DNA of 64,000 nucleotides from Promethearchaeota archaeon (GTDB lineage Archaea; Asgardarchaeota; Lokiarchaeia; Sigyniarchaeales; SOKP01): NCBI GenBank assembly GCA_048937405.1, contig JBHLNF010000003.1, positions 128,001 to 192,000 of the forward strand, read 5' to 3'. Shown piece by piece: positions 61,053 to 64,000 of this stretch (position 1 is its first letter; each line of letters starts with the position of its first letter). The notes under the pieces were generated by a model. It saw only the letters and a program-made list of their open reading frames with translations, ran no database searches and was not told where the DNA came from. The position numbers and the translations under genes were made by a program.

Positions 61053-62324
61053 TTAAGAAACTAGTACTTTTTCTATATTTTCGATAGCCCAATCAATTTC
61101 ATCCTTGGTAATGATTAATGGAGGGGCTAATCTAATAATTGTGGAATGAGTATCTTTTGCCAAAATACCATTATCCTTGAATTCTTCAACAATTTGTCTA
61201 GCATCTTCTTCAAATTCAATTGCCATTAGTAATCCTTTTCCTCTAATTTCTTTAATAGGTATTTTAGTTCTTTTAAAAGAAATCTCTTGTAATCTTTTCA
61301 AAAAATAATTACCCATCTCTTTAGCTCGTTCAGAAAGATTCTCTCGTAAATGAAGATCTATAGATTTCATCCCGATAGCAGAAGCTAAAGGATTTCCTCC
61401 AAAAGTGCTTCCATGAGTTCCTGGAGTTATAACCTCTGGACCAATAATTTCGTTTCTACTTACACATGCAGAAATAGGATATACTCCACCACCAAGAGCT
61501 TTACCTAATAAGATCATATCTGGTTTCACCTCCTCATGTTCGCACGCTAAAAATTTTCCAGTTCGACAAAACCCAGTTTGAACTTCGTCAGAAATTAGCA
61601 ATACATTATATTTTGTACAGATTTCTCTTACTTTTTTTAAATAGCCTTTTGGAGGAATCTTTACACCAGCTTCTCCTTGAATAGGTTCTACTAAGAAAGC
61701 TGCTACTTTTTCAGGACCAATTTCTAAAATTGCATTTTCTAATTCCTCAGCATTTCCATAGGGGATGATATTAAATCCTGGTGTGAAGGGTCCAAAATTT
61801 CCGTAATATCGTACTGCTGAAATATCAGAACTAAATCCTATAATAGTAACCGTCCTTCCATGAAAATTATTTCTGCATACAATTATTCTAGCCTCATCTT
61901 TGGGAATTTTTTTCTTAATATAACCCCAAGCCCGTACCACCTTTATCGCTGTTGAAACTGCTTCAGTTCCAGTAGTCATTGGAAGAGACATTATACCAGT
62001 ATTCTTAGGATCATAAATCTGTGGTCCTATCACTTCTGCCAGCATTTTTAGGAAAGGTCCCATCATAGTATTATGAAATGCTCGAGAGGTAAGAGTAACT
62101 ACATTTGCTTGTTCTTTTAATGTTGCGACGATTTCAGGATGACAATGACCCAAATTTTGACTTGAGTAGGCAGATAAGCAATCTAAATATTTTTTTCCTT
62201 CTGGATCATATACCCAAACTCCTTCAGCACGAGAAATTACAACTGGAATGGGATGATAATTGTGAGCACCATATTCCAAATCAATTTCAATATAATCATT
62301 TGATCTTAGCATGAAATATCCCAT
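61053..62324 (-). CDS. rocD: Ornithine delta-aminotransferase (class III PLP)
   Basis: 'YGAHNYHPIPVV', 'LSAYS..N.GHCHP', 'NFHGRT', 'EPIQGEAGV', 'DEVQTG', 'LGKALGGG', 'HGSTFGGNPL', 'IRLAPPL'. Confidence 0.92.
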   Translation of the reverse strand: MGYFMLRSNDYIEIDLEYGAHNYHPIPVVISRAEGVWVYDPEGKKYLDCLSAYSSQNLGHCHPEIVATLKEQANVVTLTSRAFHNTMMGPFLKMLAEVIGPQIYDPKNTGIMSLPMTTGTEAVSTAIKVVRAWGYIKKKIPKDEARIIVCRNNFHGRTVTIIGFSSDISAVRYYGNFGPFTPGFNIIPYGNAEELENAILEIGPEKVAAFLVEPIQGEAGVKIPPKGYLKKVREICTKYNVLLISDEVQTGFCRTGKFLACEHEEVKPDMILLGKALGGGVYPISACVSRNEIIGPEVITPGTHGSTFGGNPLASAIGMKSIDLHLRENLSERAKEMGNYFLKRLQEISFKRTKIPIKEIRGKGLLMAIEFEEDARQIVEEFKDNGILAKDTHSTIIRLAPPLIITKDEIDWAIENIEKVLVS

Positions 62325-62513
62325 GTATTTCTTTTTGTTAAAATTACCAATTAATTAGTAGATATTTTTTATTAAATTTTAATTTTTTTTAAAAAGATCG
62401 ATGAGGGAATAACGTGGGCAAATGAAAATTATATTATCTACTATTACTCTAATTACTATCTATACAGCATATTCAAAATAATAAAAAAATAAAAATCATA
62501 AAAAAAATAAAGA

Positions 62514-64000
62514 CTATTTTTGTACTTGAATCACTTCTGTTGATTCCTGTTCAGTTTTGAGATCTAATAGCTTTAATATTTCAATACCAAAAATGTTTGA
62601 TAAGATTTTATTCATCTCAGGTCCTCCCATATAACCTTGACATCCTAAATGAAGCTTATGAAAGTGCTCACCTAATTTAGTTTCAACCTCTTTTATGAAA
62701 TTAATAATTTTTTCTTCTAATAATTGGGATGGTGTTTCGTTTAATAAAAATACAACTTTAAATTCTCCATCTGTAAAGAACCCTCCCGATAAATAACCAT
62801 CTCTAAATTTAATAGATAATATTTCACCAACGTTCAATGCTTCTGCAGCAATATGATCCAATGCAGTAAGAAAACCAGATAATATTGTATTATCCACATC
62901 TTCTTTTGTGAAACTTAGCTCATACATGTTTTGACCACTTTCTCGATGCTGTATTAATAATTTTTCTATCATCTCAATATCTGGATCTATAATAAATGGC
63001 TTGATTAAGAAATTAACAATATCTTCACGAGTATTTCGCAATATTTTAAAAAGTTTTTTAGGTTTATTTCCATGTTGAGGTCCAGTTGGTTCTTCCCAGC
63101 TAGGATCATTTATCAATTGTGTGGCTGATCGACCAGTATTTCTCATAATTCCAACTTGTGCTCCAAATACTATAGCAGCATGGAATTCAAAAGCAGCAAT
63201 ACTCCCACCATTAATACCTATAAGTTTAATTCTACTTGGATCGATCCCTGATTTCATTATATCATACCAATATTGAATTGCTTCCATTACGCTAAAATCT
63301 TTTCCTTTTGTTTGATGAATTGTAGTGTATCTTCTATCAATTAAAACATCAGGAGGTAGTTTTTTTGGAATGTAACCAATTGATTTGATTTTTTCATTAT
63401 ATTCTTCCTGAATTTCTCCTACCATAGCACATATTCCCGCTTTAGTTCCCCCCGAGATAATTGTACCTTCGAAATCACTAAATGCTTCAGTAACACTATT
63501 TTTAATGAATTGTAGACTTCTTTCGATATTAACATCAGTTCCTCCTGCTATTATTACAATAGAATCATCAGAATATTTTTGTTTTTGTTTTAATTTAGAA
63601 TCTAAATATTTTATAGAATCTGTTATTAGTTTATCCGTTTTTTCCTTAATATTTGGATGAAAAATTATTCCTAGATGTAGAATTTGTTTTACTATGTCAA
63701 TTCCTTCTATTTGTCTTTCTTGAGATAATTTTAGTGTATTCAATGTATTAATAGTAGTTTCGACCATCCAAATATCGGGACTACATCGTATAGCTTTTAA
63801 GTAGTAATCTAAGGCATCTTTTATATTCCCTAATAATAGATTAAAGAGCCCTAGATCAAAGTATGCCCATGGTATATCAACCATTACTCTTGCCTGTGTT
63901 AATCTCCTTTCTATCCCTTTCTGAATCATTTCTCTATGTTTATCAATCTGAGTTATATCACCTGTTTGTTGAATTAATAATACTAAATAATTCCCTAAGG
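62514..64000 (-). CDS. TPR + SLOG-like + longin/roadblock-like multidomain protein, 5'-truncated by the window
   Basis: The frame is open to the window edge. TPR-like 'WAYFDLGLFNLLLGN...ALDYY'; SLOG-like 'IIAGGTD', 'ISGGTKAGI', 'IGYIP', 'GINGG.IAAFE...A'; C-terminal 'LLIQHRESG...ILSGFLTAL..IA.E...I.SI'. Confidence 0.65.
   Translation of the reverse strand, partial: LGNYLVLLIQQTGDITQIDKHREMIQKGIERRLTQARVMVDIPWAYFDLGLFNLLLGNIKDALDYYLKAIRCSPDIWMVETTINTLNTLKLSQERQIEGIDIVKQILHLGIIFHPNIKEKTDKLITDSIKYLDSKLKQKQKYSDDSIVIIAGGTDVNIERSLQFIKNSVTEAFSDFEGTIISGGTKAGICAMVGEIQEEYNEKIKSIGYIPKKLPPDVLIDRRYTTIHQTKGKDFSVMEAIQYWYDIMKSGIDPSRIKLIGINGGSIAAFEFHAAIVFGAQVGIMRNTGRSATQLINDPSWEEPTGPQHGNKPKKLFKILRNTREDIVNFLIKPFIIDPDIEMIEKLLIQHRESGQNMYELSFTKEDVDNTILSGFLTALDHIAAEALNVGEILSIKFRDGYLSGGFFTDGEFKVVFLLNETPSQLLEEKIINFIKEVETKLGEHFHKLHLGCQGYMGGPEMNKILSNIFGIEILKLLDLKTEQESTEVIQVQK

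Noticed and set aside
23967-62314. Antisense or alternate-frame ORFs within acl, ABC, HK, AOR, TPR and rocD genes (e.g. 24622..25161, 32480..32815)
   Set aside because: They overlap well-supported genes and read as typical antisense translations.
1-64000. CRISPR arrays, IS elements, integrases, rRNA/tRNA genes
   Set aside because: No regularly spaced repeats, transposase or integrase ORFs, or canonical RNA gene motifs were seen by eye.

Overview
AT-rich archaeal window, most likely from an Asgard archaeon of the Lokiarchaeia/Promethearchaeota type. This assignment is inferred from a Loki-CTERM-like anchor, small-GTPase and longin-like domains, soluble PAS kinases with stand-alone receivers, and TPR proteins. 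Left third: the 3' part of a giant gene (>6,700 aa, open past the left edge). It has a sequon-rich surface stalk with a LamG domain, DxDxDG Ca-binding loops, Gly/Ala-rich hydrophobic hairpins, a possible ubiquitin-like domain and a C-terminal papain/C39-like Cys protease. Two small-GTPase-fold genes follow directly, and both carry Val instead of the P-loop Lys. Together these resemble a polymorphic-toxin/effector-delivery locus (inference). Middle: two-subunit ATP-citrate lyase plus isocitrate dehydrogenase, a PadR-regulated FtsX/MacB-type ABC system with a twice-occurring operator, an acyl-CoA dehydrogenase, and four paralogous PAS histidine kinase/receiver units built from shuffled PAS cassettes with several decay relics. 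Right: an arginine/ornithine/proline cluster (arginine synthetase ArcE-like, AOR, proline-dehydrogenase-like pair, protist-like OTC, carbamate kinase, ornithine aminotransferase), a candidate structured RNA, and a truncated TPR-SLOG-longin-like protein. No rRNA, tRNA, CRISPR array or transposase was recognised. All family calls come from motif recognition by eye; no searches were run.
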